64,000 nt of DNA from Lama guanicoe. Lineage: Eukaryota. Shown in pieces: positions 12,161-24,429 of the stretch. The stretch is taken from assembly GCA_013239625.1 (NCBI GenBank), contig MU057340.1:7210931-7274930 (forward strand). Direction: 5' to 3'. Position numbers and translations under genes: made by a program. Under the pieces are notes generated by a model that had not been told where the DNA came from, did not search any database, and saw only the letters and a list, made by a program, of their open reading frames with translations. How positions within the stretch are numbered: position 1 is the first letter of the stretch; each line of letters opens with the position of its first letter.

Positions 12161-13479
12161 GCCCCTGACCAGCATTTCCGCTTTAATCTCTTAGCAATGC
12201 TGGCACTGTCTGGAGCATGACACTTACACCAAAGCTGCACATGTGGGCAAGAGATGAGATGCCGCCAACCTTCACCTCCAAATGATTCTCTGTGGTTTCT
12301 CCTCAGCAGAGCCACCCCAGGCAGAGCTGCTGAGAAACAGATCAGACAGCTCAGCTCTCAGCTGGAGAGAATCACTGCCATGCTGGGGAACTGGCTTTAG
12401 CCGTGGCCAAGCTTCAGGGGGAAAAAAGCCAAAGCAAATGTGAGGATTGGCTCTTCAGGCATCTCAGGGACTAATGGATGTGCAAAAGAACCAAAAAAAA
12501 AAAAATCGTTGTATATGTTGTTAGTAATCATGATTTATAAAGTATGTCTCACCCAGTCCTGTGGTTCCTTTAGCTAAAGTAAACCACAGTCTTTCCTTCT
12601 AAAATCAAATATTGGCCATTTTCACAATTCAAATAAACTGCCAAACTCAAATAAATTAACAAATAGAATTTCCTCTGTGTACATCTTCTTCCCAGCATAT
12701 TCTCCTATGCCTCTGTCACCACTTTGTTTGCTGGTAAATGTTCCTGAGCAACAAAACATAAAGTAAGTAGCAACCAGCTATTAATAAAAATAAAAAAACT
12801 GTGGGAAACCCAGTTATGGTTGCTTCATGCTTATTGACTATGCAATCATGGTTCTGCTTTTACAGTCCATACAGAGGATATTAAAATAACTGTTCTTTTT
12901 AGCCCTACTATGTACTAGGTCTTGAGCTGCTAGACATTTGAAGTCCAGAATTCTCATGTGCAATTTAGACAGTACTACCCCTGTTTTACAAATCAATACC
13001 TAAATAGGTAAATTGAGGCACAAAGAGTCTCAAAGTTAATAGAAAACATTTGCACAAAAGTTAATTAATTAAATATTTACACACCAAAAATTTTTATTGT
13101 GATGAGGGCATATAATAAAGAGGCCTGAATTAGTCTTGAAGGTCAGCTAAGGTTTCTCTGAGGAAGTGGTATCTGGGACAAGTTATGGAAGAGGAGGTGA
13201 GGGGAGAAAGGGTCAAAGGAAATTGCATTTGCAAATTCCTGTGTGAAACAGTGCAGCTGCTTTGAAAAACATGCTGAAAAGGTTAAGCATAGAGTCACCA
13301 AAGGCAAATCCTTCCCAGAGAAGGAAAGAAAATGCAGTCAGCTTCTGAGTAAACTTCTGGGAAACCTCTTAAGTCTGAGGAAGGCTGGGGGAAATACCCA
13401 AGGACCAGACTTCCTCTGTCTCCCCAGTTCCCATCCTCCATGGGGGCTACACCCACACCCATGCAGAGATTGGCTACAC

Positions 13480-13652
13480 CTGTGGTTCTCAACCAGGGGC
13501 AATTTTCTCACAGTGGGGTATTTGGTAATGCCTGGAGCCATTTTTCATTCTTGAAACTGGAAGAGTGGGTACCACCTGCTCATGGGTAGATGGTGGAAAC
13601 ACACTGTCCCGCGTAGAGAACAGTGTCAGCGGGGCCCCAAATCAAACTACTG
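13480..13652 (+). mobile_element. MER20 (hAT-Charlie), internally deleted/decayed
   Basis: 'ctgtggttctcaaccaggggcaatttt...tttggtaatgcctggagccatttt'. Confidence 0.75.
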
Positions 13653-14199
13653 GCTTTGATTCCAGCCTCTTTCTGAAAGACAATTTTATCACTTCTAGAA
13701 AGAAGTTATAGAAAGAGACAGACAGACAGTGAGAGAGAAGGAGTAAGTAAAAGTACTGGGTATGGACAATCCCAGCTCAACATCTTAAAAACTTTCTGGA
13801 AAACTTTACTTCCCCATATACATTCCACCCAGGGCTCCGCCCACTCTGTGTCTTTCTCTTTTCTAAGTCAAAGAAATTCACCTTCTTAGTGTTTTCCTTA
13901 GAATGTTAGCATTTGATGGCATTTGGTTTGCCTTGAAGACTGGACCAACGGACGCCCCCAAGTAGCTTCAAGATATTTGAGACATAAAAGTAATTCCTTG
14001 ACAGAAACGAGCACTATTAGACACAGAGAAGGAGGTTGCCTTTGGCTTTGAGCAAACCCAAAGAAAGGTCCAAAGGCTGGCTAGCCCTATGGTTTTCATC
14101 CAAAAGTTTATCAACTCTCTAAAATTTCTGTCATTAGAGCCAATTTGAGGGTGACAGTTCCTTCAAACTCAGTGAAAAAGAATTCTCATATTGCATTTT

Positions 14200-14700
14200 A
14201 CTCCTCATCTTGTATGCAGACACAGAGCAGTCATTATGACTTATATTCAAATTCCTTACCACATTCCTTTCCTTAATATTCTCCGCTGCCACTGCTGTCA
14301 TCACTGCCGCAGCTGCATTAGCTAAATCGAGCCGTCCACATGCAGCACCTTGCCCAGCCCCCCCTCGCCCAATAAAACCACCATTCACTCTGCTCACATT
14401 AAGTAATGATTTGCAATGTCCTTCTCCCTTTTCCTGCACACGACTCTGCCAACAGCATTTCTTAATGCAAACAGTAAAAACTGAATTACAAGCGTGATCC
14501 ATTTTCGCTCTGCATAATTAGTGGATTAGACATCAGAGAAAATCCACTTATTTTCGCAGCTCATCCAGCTTCCCACCTCCAGCTCCCCACCTCCCCCGCC
14601 ATCCCACATTCAGAAATAAAGGCTCCAGGAGCACAAAGTGAGAAAGGGCTTCATTGCTAAAGGACAATTACAGCTATTAAATTAGTTTTCAGATGACTCC
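14200..14700. promoter_or_regulatory. Candidate conserved non-coding enhancer (homeodomain-motif rich)
   Basis: No repeat recognised; clustered TAAT/ATTA cores (cattaagtaatgatt, gcataattagtggattag, caattacagctattaaattag), NKX-like ccactta and several retained CpGs. Function is inferred. Confidence 0.45.
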
Positions 14701-14879
14701 AAGTGTGATTCTTTCTCAGTTGGATGTTTTGGGGGTTTTTTTCCTGAGAAAACAAAGCTGGGGATCTGAATGACAACAGCCAAGTCAAAAGTATTCAGTT
14801 GAAGCTGCACACTTTTGCAAGAAATTTTGGAACGAACTCTGTAGCTGGAAAACATCAAGCCACTGAGTTTGTCTCAGCC

Positions 14880-15065
14880 TGGTTTCTGGAGTCAGATAGT
14901 TTAGGTTTAATTCCTGCCTCTGCCATCTGTGTGATACTGAGCAGGTTACTTAACTTTTCTCCATCTATTTCCCTACCTCTAAAATCGGTGGGGTTGTGAG
15001 TGTTCAGTGGGAGAAAACCTATAAAGTGCTTGGAACACCGTCTGGCACGTAGGAAATGTTCAAAA
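14880..15065 (+). mobile_element. MIR SINE
   Basis: 'tctggagtcagatagtttaggtttaattcctgcctctgcc...gcaggttacttaac...aaagtgcttggaacaccgtctggcacgtagg'. Confidence 0.85.
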
Positions 15066-15579
15066 TGGTCTGCATTGTCTTCTGCGCCTAGAGTCCAGCT
15101 AGGGACAACAGGTGTCCCCAACCCAAGCATCCAGGCCACCCTGCACATGGAGCGGGAATCAGGGGCCTGGACCGTAACAGAGGCCCGGGTCCCACCCTGT
15201 GCAGCTCGGAAGCCTCGTAAACGTGTGGTCCATCCACCCGGCACTGCCACAGATTGTCACAGATGGATGCCGGAAGCGGCTCTCCCCAGTATGGCAAAGG
15301 CTTTGTTAAAGAAACAAACAGAAGAGGCTTTTGCCACTGACCATGATGTAGGGGCAGGAGTCGGGGCAGGGAAGGCTGGGAGAGCAGGGAGGGGAACAAG
15401 ACTTCTCAGATTTTCTCCCGTACCTCTTCCCTCCCAAATGTCCACATGAGCCACCCACTGAGTAAATTGAGATGTCAACAGTTGAGCTGACAAGCACGCC
15501 TGTCACAAAAAAGCAATCACGGTGGGGTAGCTCTTCTGTTGTCTTAGCATCAGGAGTATGATTGCTGTCTCAGAAGGGC

Positions 15580-15765
15580 TTTAGGTGCATTTTCTCATCT
15601 AACACTTAGGACAGCCCTCTGGGATACGTGCTGGTATTTACTCTGATTTTACAAAGGCGGAAACTGAGGTTCAGAGAACTCAAGTAAATGCCCAAGGGTG
15701 CACAGCTTGTCACGGACAGAACTGGTACTGAAAACACAAATCTATTGATTTTGGAGTTCAGACAC
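15580..15765 (-). mobile_element. MIR SINE
   Basis: 'attttacaaaggcggaaactgaggttcagagaactcaagtaaatgcccaaggg'. Confidence 0.8.
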
Positions 15766-15842
15766 TTCACCGCTCGGCCTGATTCCTTGCAGCTTCCTGG
15801 AGGCTGTGGGTTGGGCATCTCTTTAACAAACACTGTCCTGGG

Positions 15843-16046
15843 GACAGGTAAGGGAAAGGGGCGACATAGGGGTTGGGGACTAAGTGGTATAAACTATTAA
15901 GTATAAAATAAGTTGCAAGGATATATTGTACAATAGGAGGAATATAGCCTATAAATGGAATATAACCTTTAAAATTGTGAATCACTATATTATACACTCG
16001 TAACTTATACAATATTGTACATCAACTGTACTTCTATTTTTTTTTT
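15843..16046 (+). mobile_element. L1 3' end (L1MA9/L1_Art-like)
   Basis: 'tataaaataagttgcaaggatatattgtacaa...aattgtgaatcactatattatacac...ttgtacatcaactgtacttc'. Confidence 0.85.
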
Positions 16047-16056
16047 AATGTCATTC

Positions 16057-16640
16057 TGTAATCGAGCAGGACCCTATGGGGCCTTCCTGGAACAGATCCC
16101 CTCACCATGTCCTCCACCTGCCTCTTGTCTGTCGAAAAACTTTAGTCCTCTAGGCCTTCCCCGAGTTCCAAAGAGTACATTTAATCAGAGAAAGGAGAAA
16201 ATGCAGAAAGAAAGGAAAACAGTCAAGCAAGACAAAATAATAATAGTCTAGCCATTAAACAAAATCAAGTACCTTTAGTTCCTTCTCAAGGACAATAGAT
16301 AATATTCTGAGCCACGTCCTTGAGCTGTTTTGCAGCTACTAAAACCCTCACCAGGTGGAAGAAGTTAACTGTAGGCTGCCCACAAGCACGTGGACCCCAG
16401 ACTGGTTGGAACCAAAAGGTTGATGATGTTCACTCCTGATGACCTCACCATCAACCAATCATAACAATATCCATGAGCTGATAATGTACCCTGTAACTCC
16501 GCTGTTTTTAAAAACCTTTCCTTGAAAGCCTTCAAGGAATTTGGGTCTTTTAAATCCTAGCTACCCAGACCCCTTGCTCGGTGTCAGTAGATTGGCTTTA
16601 CTGAGCACAGGCAAGCAGACCCAAGTTTAGCTTGATAACA
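16057..16640 (+). mobile_element. ERV1 solo LTR
   Basis: tgtaatcgag...cttgataaca termini; flanks attc/gttc (4-bp TSD, 1 mismatch). Confidence 0.85.
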
Positions 16641-17032
16641 GTTCCTAGATGTTATATCTCCATTCGAACCTGCCCCTTTTCTGCTGAAATAAGCACAAAC
16701 AGCCTTGCATTCATTCAGTGTGTTCTTGTTGGCTTCAGCACATAGTAGGTGCTGAGAATATAGGTGATGAGGTAAATTGCTAGAATGGAATTTTTTTCCA
16801 TGTAATTTTTCACCGCAAATGTCCACTGCTTTTATGAGGCACCCAGCTCAGTGCTGAAGGGACACAAAGGCCTTAGACACCATCCCTGACCTCAAGAAGC
16901 TTACGGTCCAGTGGGGCTCCAGGACAGAACATTGAGTCTAAGGAAAGGATGCGCTGGGGACTTGGAAGAAGATGCAATCCACTGGGATAAGAAGATTGTG
17001 ACAAGACTAGATGGAGGAGGTGGCACTTGGTA

Positions 17033-17232
17033 ACTGCATAGCACAGGGAACTACATTCAATAGCTTGTAACAATCTATAATGAAAAAAATATGATAGCAC
17101 AGGGAACTACATTCAATAGCTATAATAAAAAATATGAAAAGAAATATGTATATACGTATAACTGAATCACTATGATGTACACCAGAAACTAATACAATAT
17201 TGTAAATCAACAATACTTTAATTTAAAAAAAA
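17033..17232 (+). mobile_element. Young L1 3' end with internal tandem duplication
   Basis: 'atagcacagggaactacattcaatagct' occurs twice, then 'aactgaatcactatgatgtacaccagaaactaatacaatattgtaaatcaac' and an A tail. Confidence 0.9.
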
Positions 17233-17569
17233 GAAGTTGGCAACCTTTTTCTGCAAAGATCAGAGTGTGAATGCGTTAGGCTTAGAGGATCGTAGGATGT
17301 CTGTCACGAGTGCTCAGCTGTGCTACTGTAGTGTGAAAACAGCCATGGACAATACTGTGTCAACGGATGAGCGTGGCTGTATTGCAATAAAACTTTACAG
17401 ACACTGAAACTTGAATTTTGTGTAACTTTTGCATAGCACAAAATATGAATCTTCTTTTGATGTTCCCCCAACCATTTAAACACGTAAAGAGTCATTCTTA
17501 ATTTGCAGGGCTACACAAAAACCGGCAGGAGGCAGGATCTGGTTCGTGGTCCTTTGCTTGCCAACCCTG
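17233..17569 (+). mobile_element. MER58B (hAT-Charlie)
   Basis: TIR-like ends 'gttggcaacc' and 'ttgccaaccctg'; internal 'gcgtggctgtattgcaataaaactttacagacactgaaacttgaatttt'; about 340 bp. Confidence 0.9.
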
Positions 17570-18039
17570 ACTTAGGCACTTAGGCCCTTAGAAAAAAACT
17601 CAGGAAATATTTTGTCCCAGCCCCACATGTTATGGTTGAGTGTCGGACCCCCAGGGAAGAGGTGACTTGACCAAGGACATCTGGGAATTTCAGATTATCA
17701 CCAGGAGCTCAAAACAAAGAGTATCGCTCTTCAACGTCAGCCATCACTGGCTTGAAAACAGAAAAATCAGTCTTTCAACTGCTTTGGTTTCCTTCAATTT
17801 CAAACAGCCAGTTTAATGGGTCCCTCCACCCCCTAGAACTTTTTAGTTTACTCTCTGATTTTATAACTTGGTCATGAGACAGCTGTATTAAAAATTCTTA
17901 GAAGTGAAACGTGATGAGCAATTTTGTGTCACAACAAGGACCAAAATGTGTTTTCACCACTTGAATCTTACTAGGATACATTCTGAAGCACTGAAATATG
18001 TCTTCAACCTTCAGAAACGATAAAAAGACGACACTGTAA

Positions 18040-18063
18040 ATTGACTATACTTCAATAAAAAAA
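18040..18063 (+). mobile_element. Ultra-short L1 3'-terminal insertion with 18-bp TSD
   Basis: 'attgactatacttcaat' plus poly(A) between aaaaagac(g/a)acactgtaa at 18022-18039 and 18064-18081. Confidence 0.8.
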
Positions 18064-18702
18064 AAAAAGACAACACTGTAACTTCACCTTCACACAAACT
18101 ACACAAGGAGAGAAAAACTACAAAATGTAAAAGGCGACTTTCTCTTTTAAAAATTGCTTTACGTATTTTAATTCCTGTATTTCCCTTGGGGGTTAGATAT
18201 TTCGGTCACATAGTTATCCAATTAAAATGAAAACTCTGCTTTATCCTTTAGGCGAGGACAGCTGCCAGCTGCTAAGTTTTATAAAGTCTTTAATCTTGTC
18301 CATAAATATTTAACAAGAATTGGTTGGTACACAGGCTGAAGTAAAGTAAGAAATCAAAGACAGAATCTTGGGAATAACCTCTGTGCTGTGTGAACGCTGT
18401 ATCACACAAAAGCCGAATGACCAGTGTCCTCCTTTTTTTACTTAAAATTACTATTAAAACATCTCTGAGTATTTTGATCACTCCTTTAGCCTGCTAGCCC
18501 TCACAAATGCACAAAAATAGGTAGAGTACAAAAAGATATTCAAGGGAGTATCCATGCCCTTTTCTCCAGGATCCTGCCATTTTTTTCAGAGACAGAATCT
18601 CCGAAAAGACATGTGTCCATAGAAACCCACAATGAGGATCTCTAAGCACGTTGGCAGCATTTGAAAATATAGACCCCTCTTTTTCATTCTCATCTCCATG
18701 CG

Positions 18703-18742
18703 CACACACACACACAGACACACACACACACACACACACACA
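18703..18742. repeat. (CA)n microsatellite, followed by (CAC)n near 18793-18811
   Basis: Direct inspection. Confidence 0.95.
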
Positions 18743-19659
18743 CATCCATACAGACCCACATACATACACCACATCCTCACACCTACACGTAGACCACCAC
18801 CACCACCACCATCCTACACATCATTATCCCAATATCCCAAACAGGCTAAAAACTCAGACTAATCAACTAACCACAAAAACACCAAGGATTCTTTGGTCTG
18901 CAGAAAAGAGAAGGCTGCCATTTGCCTAGACCTGGTCTTTGGACTTCAGCCCTCTCCCTCCCACCACCCAGCTCCATGCGGTAAGCCTGCAAATCTTTGA
19001 GTCATCTTTACGTTCCTCCCAGGTAGAGACCCCTCACGAGTTTTCCTTGTTCACTCTCTTCCATGTGGGATCACAGTACATTCTAGAGAATGAAGACTTT
19101 ATGCTTCTGGAATAGATCTCTTAGAGCTTGAAGGTTTTCCCCACTTGCCTGTGTAACTAACAGATTTCAGGATCTAGCCCTCCTTGCTGGTGAGAAATTC
19201 TTCTTTAAAGCTACATGAAACTTCTCAAGAGTTCCATAAACTCACTGATTGTGTCCTTGCTCCATCCACAGAAGAGAGAAAAATTGGGTGGCAACCACCT
19301 CCTTTAGGTCAGAGTAGACTGGCAGATGAAAGACAGACCCAAAGGGAAGGAGGAAAGGCAGGAGGGAGGGAGAGAGAGAGAGAAAGATATTAATTGATGT
19401 TCCCCAACTTCCTTATTTTAGCTCAATGATTCTGAGCACTCAAGATATTCTTTGCTTCTCCAGAAATATTATTTTCCATTGCTTTAATCCTATCTTGGGT
19501 CTCTCCTATTATCTCAAATTCAGGATTTTCTAAGTCTAGACACACCAGAGAGCCCAGACTCCTTGCCGTGGGAGTCACCTTGGCCTTTGCGATCACTTCC
19601 CTATAACAGTTGTCCATCCTGATTCTGTTCTTTTACACCAGGACATGCCCGCTGCCCAC

Positions 19660-19787
19660 TCAACACTTCAATCATTTACTTAACAAATACTTAGGGAGGG
19701 CCAGCCATGTACCAGGCACTGTTCTAGGCACTGGGCTTAGAGCAATGAACAAAGTGACACAAATCACTGCCTACTCAGAGCTCACAC
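19660..19787 (-). mobile_element. L2 3' end
   Basis: 'tcatttacttaacaaatacttagggagggccagccatgtaccaggcactgttctaggcactggg...atgaacaaa'. Confidence 0.85.
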
Positions 19788-20084
19788 ATCGCCCCCAGTT
19801 TCATCCAGACCAGCTCTGGTTCCGTGTCTCCTCCAGTCCTCCCTTGACTCAGGGCTCAGCCACCCATCTACCATCCTGATCTTTTCCATCCCCATTGGAT
19901 GCTAGGGTTGATTTCTCACTCCTTTGACTCTAGACTATTCTATAAGATGGCTCAGAGCTTCCTAGGGTCATGTTTTGTCACTGACATGAGCGACTATCTC
20001 ACATTGAGTCCCCAGATGCCCCCAAAACTTGGGTAGACAATTTTCATTACAATAGTTTAAAAAATTTTATACATTGCGTTTTCT

Positions 20085-20255
20085 GGGTGCCAGGTTCTGT
20101 TTAAGTGTCTTACACAAATTAATTCATTTAACCCTCTTAGCAATGAGGTAGGTGCACTTTAGCCACATTCCTTGACTGACTCATGAATAGTGAAACTGTG
20201 GCTTGCCTGAAGTCACCCAGTCCAACCCTGTGGCTGCCGTCCTGCATTTGACAAA
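20085..20255 (-). mobile_element. MIR SINE
   Basis: 'gtgccaggttctgtttaagtgtcttacacaaattaattcatttaaccctc...gaggtaggt'. Confidence 0.7.
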
Positions 20256-21459
20256 CTTGGCTTTTCGTTTGCTCCAGATGTCTTTGGTTATGTTTTTGCC
20301 CACATTGCCTTTTCCCCAAGATCATTTGAAGTGTGATCCTTACCATACATCACTCAGTGTTCCTCTCTCATGACTCCAGTGAAACTGAAGTGGCCCTGGG
20401 CCAAGGGCATCACCTTGTGGGTACCACTTGTTTCATCATACAGGTTGATGAAGAGGGAGACATCAAGGACCCGTTCTGTCAAACTGCGAAGAACCAGAAC
20501 TCGTGCCTGCACCCTGCATCCCCGTTCTGCTATTATAAAAGGTGTCTGGGTTTTCCTATCTCCTCCCATCTGGTGCTCCATTATATTGTCCACATGGCAT
20601 CCCCTACCCTTGACATCACTCATCCCTCATGTAACGATGATTACCAGCCTTCCACTCCCCTAAATTCTCCAGGGCAGTTTCCTACAGATCTAGGTTTTGT
20701 TTTATTTATCACTTCTCTCTGCCCTTTCTTGCCTTAATTAAACTCAGCCTCGGGACATAGGAAACTGGAGAACTTTTTTTTTCTTCTTCCTTTTGATGAA
20801 AGCAATATTGTTTCCTGGGGACAGTGATATTCCCCCCGACCTCCCACCCCTCCTCAAACACTAGTTATGCCTCAAAGAGCCTTTGTCCTGTTTTCCCACT
20901 TTTGCTTGAGTGTTTCAAGGTTTGATTTACATGTTAACAGTTCCTGATCCAAATGGAGGAAATGAATGGGAGGTGGCCTTCATTTTCCTCTCTTTTATCA
21001 TCAGCTCCTACTATCTTTCCAAAGCATTGAAAAGCAGCCACTTTCTCATTCAGGACAAGCTTTACAACTCACAAGAAAGGCCCTTCTTGTTATTTACCTA
21101 GACAGATGGACGGAAAAGAATTCATCTGATGGTAACAGCTCTCAGTTATTTGTGGTTTGTGAGAAAGAAAGGCCAGCCAGTCTCAAACCTCAGCAAATGT
21201 ATACCTATATGGTATGGTTTGAGGGTTCACCCCAAAACTGAGGCCATCTTCCATTCTCCCAATCCTCATTTACAACAGTAACAACAAAAATAATGCTCTT
21301 AGGGTCATATAAAGTCACTAATATCTTAGCACAAATGAACATACTGAATTCCTCCAAGACTGGAGTGGCCATTGATTACACTCAAGACAAAGGCACATCC
21401 TTCTCCATTCCATTCTTCTTCCACAAGATAGGGGGAGCTTTCTGGAGCGTTGTGCTACT

Positions 21460-21950
21460 ATCCTGCATAAAACCCCTTCCATGGTTGCATCGTGTCTTCA
21501 GCCTGAAATCTAGGCTCGGCAGCCTGACAATAAAGTCCTGCAACACCAAACCCCTCAACCCCTCAGCTCACCTCCTGCACACCATGCGCTTCCCCCTCTG
21601 TGGTCCCACCATCCTGGGACCACACCCCTCTGCTGCGGCGGTCAGCCTTGCACGCCTGCTCCCCCTTAACTTGGCTAACTCCTCTTCCCCGACAAGACTC
21701 AGCTCATGTGTCAACCTCTTTGGGAAGCCCCTCCTCACTGTCTATTCCTAGTCTGCTCTGGACTCTGAGGCAGTCTTGTGCTTCTTCCCATCACGGCTTT
21801 AAATGGAATGGTCCATGTCGTCCCTGCTCACGGTCATCCTGTCAGGAAAAAAGATGTTTCTCATTTGTGTTTCCCCTGTGCCTCTTGAAAATAACATTGT
21901 CCCCTAATAAGGGGGTGAACAATGGGAAAGATGGGATGAATGAATAAATG
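21460..21950 (+). mobile_element. L2 fragment
   Basis: 'cctgcataaaaccccttccatggttgcatc...cagctcatgtgtcaacctctttgggaagccctc...gatgaatgaataaatg'. Confidence 0.65.
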
Positions 21951-22720
21951 GAAGAAGGGTGAAGATGGAGTAGAATCACCCAATACCGTCACCCCAAGGA
22001 GCATAATTTTCCCGAGGGTATCCCCTGACTGGAGGGACCAAAAGGCCCAGCAGGTGGAATGTATATGGAATTGCTACATAAATAATGTCCCCAGAGTCAG
22101 TGAGTTCCAGGAGGGTCTCAACTTTGCAGCATTGGAGTGATAAAGGGCAGGTCTCCAGTATTTCGCCAAGGGGACAACCTTCTCATTGCAGCTCTAATAG
22201 TCCAAGACATTAAGGCATCATTAAGATTTGGCAGCAGAGCCAGCGTGGATGGCTGATAGGAACTTCCTCAGCCCAGCTGGGGGCCAAGGCGCTCCTGCCG
22301 CCTTCAGTCTCCTGCTCAGTCCCCTGAAAGTCTCAGCTGTTACTTGAGGACAGGAACATGCCAAACCTTAAATCTGCTACCAAGAGTTCACTCCCCTGGA
22401 GCTAATTCAAAATTATCTATGGCAACAGGAGACAGCTTGGAGAACTCAATTTGGTCAAATATCTAAGCCCTTTATTTTAGTCTGTATTTTCAGCTTCATT
22501 ATCATCATCATCACCACTATCATCAATATGAGTTTTTAAGTGACTGTAGCACAGGTCTTGAAAAAGCATACAAATAACCATAAATGGGAAAAGTTTTTGT
22601 TGTTGTTTGTTTGTTTTCACAATTCTGACATGCAAGAGGTGGATATCTTTAACATTTGACTTGTGAAAGGTTTATAAGAAAAACAATAAAGCAAACTTAG
22701 TTTTTTAAAGGAGACAGAGA

Positions 22721-24191
22721 GAAACTTCCACTTCTGGGGAACATACGTGTCCCTGGTCTTCCCACTACTTATAACTAAAAGCCCAGGACATTACATGTAA
22801 AGCAAAACAAGAAGACTCTGAAACGTGGAGGGGAAAAGCAGGCCAGCTAGGAAACTTGAACCTAAGGGACAACACCGTGGGGAGACCCCTAGTTTTTTCC
22901 TTGCCCCATGTACATACCCCAGACTTGGAGCTAAATAAACTGGCAACCTGCAAATGCCAATGAATACAGACCTAAAAAAAGCCCCTCCAAGAGCCTACTG
23001 TCCCTAATAAAAGAACCATTCAAAAAGCAGCCCAGAAAGACAGATGACTTTCAGACAATCACGCTCTCCTCCAGCCAAACATCACAGATAGAACTGACCC
23101 CACCCATGCCAGTGAAGGCCAGGTGGCGAGCTTAGACATCCATCCTCTTTGGTCTGTAAGAAGGTCTGAACTCTCTCAGCAGGTGATGTCAGAGGAGGCA
23201 GAGTGGGGAGCAGGCCACACAGAGCAGTTGCCTGTCATCACCGGCATGTAATGGGCAGTCACACAGTCCCCCACTCCCAGTTTATGGAGACACGTGGGAA
23301 GTCCACAGTGACGCAGCACCAAGTAAGTCACCTACCAGTAGTGACAAGGCACTGCGCTGGGGATCAGAGGAGGCCTGGCATCAAGTGCGGGCTTCAACCG
23401 TCACCCACTGATCATGAGGCCACCCTGCCGCTCACTGTGGAGGCCATGTGGGATCAATGACAAGGCATCTCTGCCCTCCCAGGCAAGGAGAGGATAAAGA
23501 CCTAGAGGTGAGTCAGTTCTCTTGCCCCACCCTCGGGGGTCAACAGAAGGTGCAGAGGAACTGGTATTCCCACCCCGACCCGGCAGAAACGAGGGTGGGC
23601 TCCCCTTCTCTGATGGAGCGATGCTACAAACACCAGCTGAAATAGAAGGTCTAATTAAGACAAAGGGTCCATAACATAATACCCCAAATGTTCAGATTTC
23701 AATCAAAAATCATTCATTATACAAAGAACTAAGAAAATTTCAGCTAGAATGGGGAAAAAAATAAATATCCACCTAGAGATGTTAGAATTATCTGACAAGG
23801 ATTTTAAATCAGCCATCATATAATGCTTCAACGAATAATTAAGAACACATTTGAAACAAATGATAAAGTAGAAAGACTTAGCAAAGAAACAGAACACCAA
23901 ATGGAAATTTTAGAACTGGAAAATACAAAAGCTGAAATGATAAAAATCACTGGATGGACTCAAAGAGCAGAATGTAGAGGACAGAAGAAAGAATTAGTGA
24001 CCTTGAAGATAGGACAACAGAAAGGATCCAATCTGAACAGCAGAAAGATACTGGAAAAAAATAAATAAATACACACACAGAGATACTCAGGAGCCTGAGA
24101 TAAGGGTTTCATGGACTCTCTCCATCTTACTTTGCATTACTCCATGTGAATAGACAGTTATCTCAAAATAAAAAGTTTAATTAAAAAATAA
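22721..24191 (+). mobile_element. L1MD-type element: 5'UTR plus partial ORF1 joined directly to the terminal 3'UTR (internally deleted)
   Basis: 5' start 'aacttccacttctgg...aactaaaagcccaggacatt...gaagactctgaaa'; ORF1p coiled-coil remnant (ORF track 23823..24068, NTFETNDKVERLSKE..QMEILELEN); 3' end 'aagggtttcatgg...atgtgaat...ttatctcaaaataaaaagtttaattaaaaa'. Confidence 0.8.
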
Positions 24192-24429
24192 AAAGAAAGC
24201 AGAAAACAGGAAAGGTCTGGAGTGACAGTTCACCAAAGAGGAAACAAGCATAGCAAAGTTGGAAAAGGGGGGATGTTCAACCTTACTAATCAACAGATTT
24301 AGGACAGATTTTTCTTTAAAACAAGAAGTAAATTTCCTGCAGGTTCTCCACATAATGAAGAGGATGTCCCCTGGTAACAAAACTTTCATTTGGGCATAAT
24401 AGGAACTTCTGAGTTTTATATAGCATAAT

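Noticed and set aside
20281-20292. tctttggttat resembles the 5' end of miR-9
   Set aside because: The match ends after 11 nt and I see no precursor hairpin.
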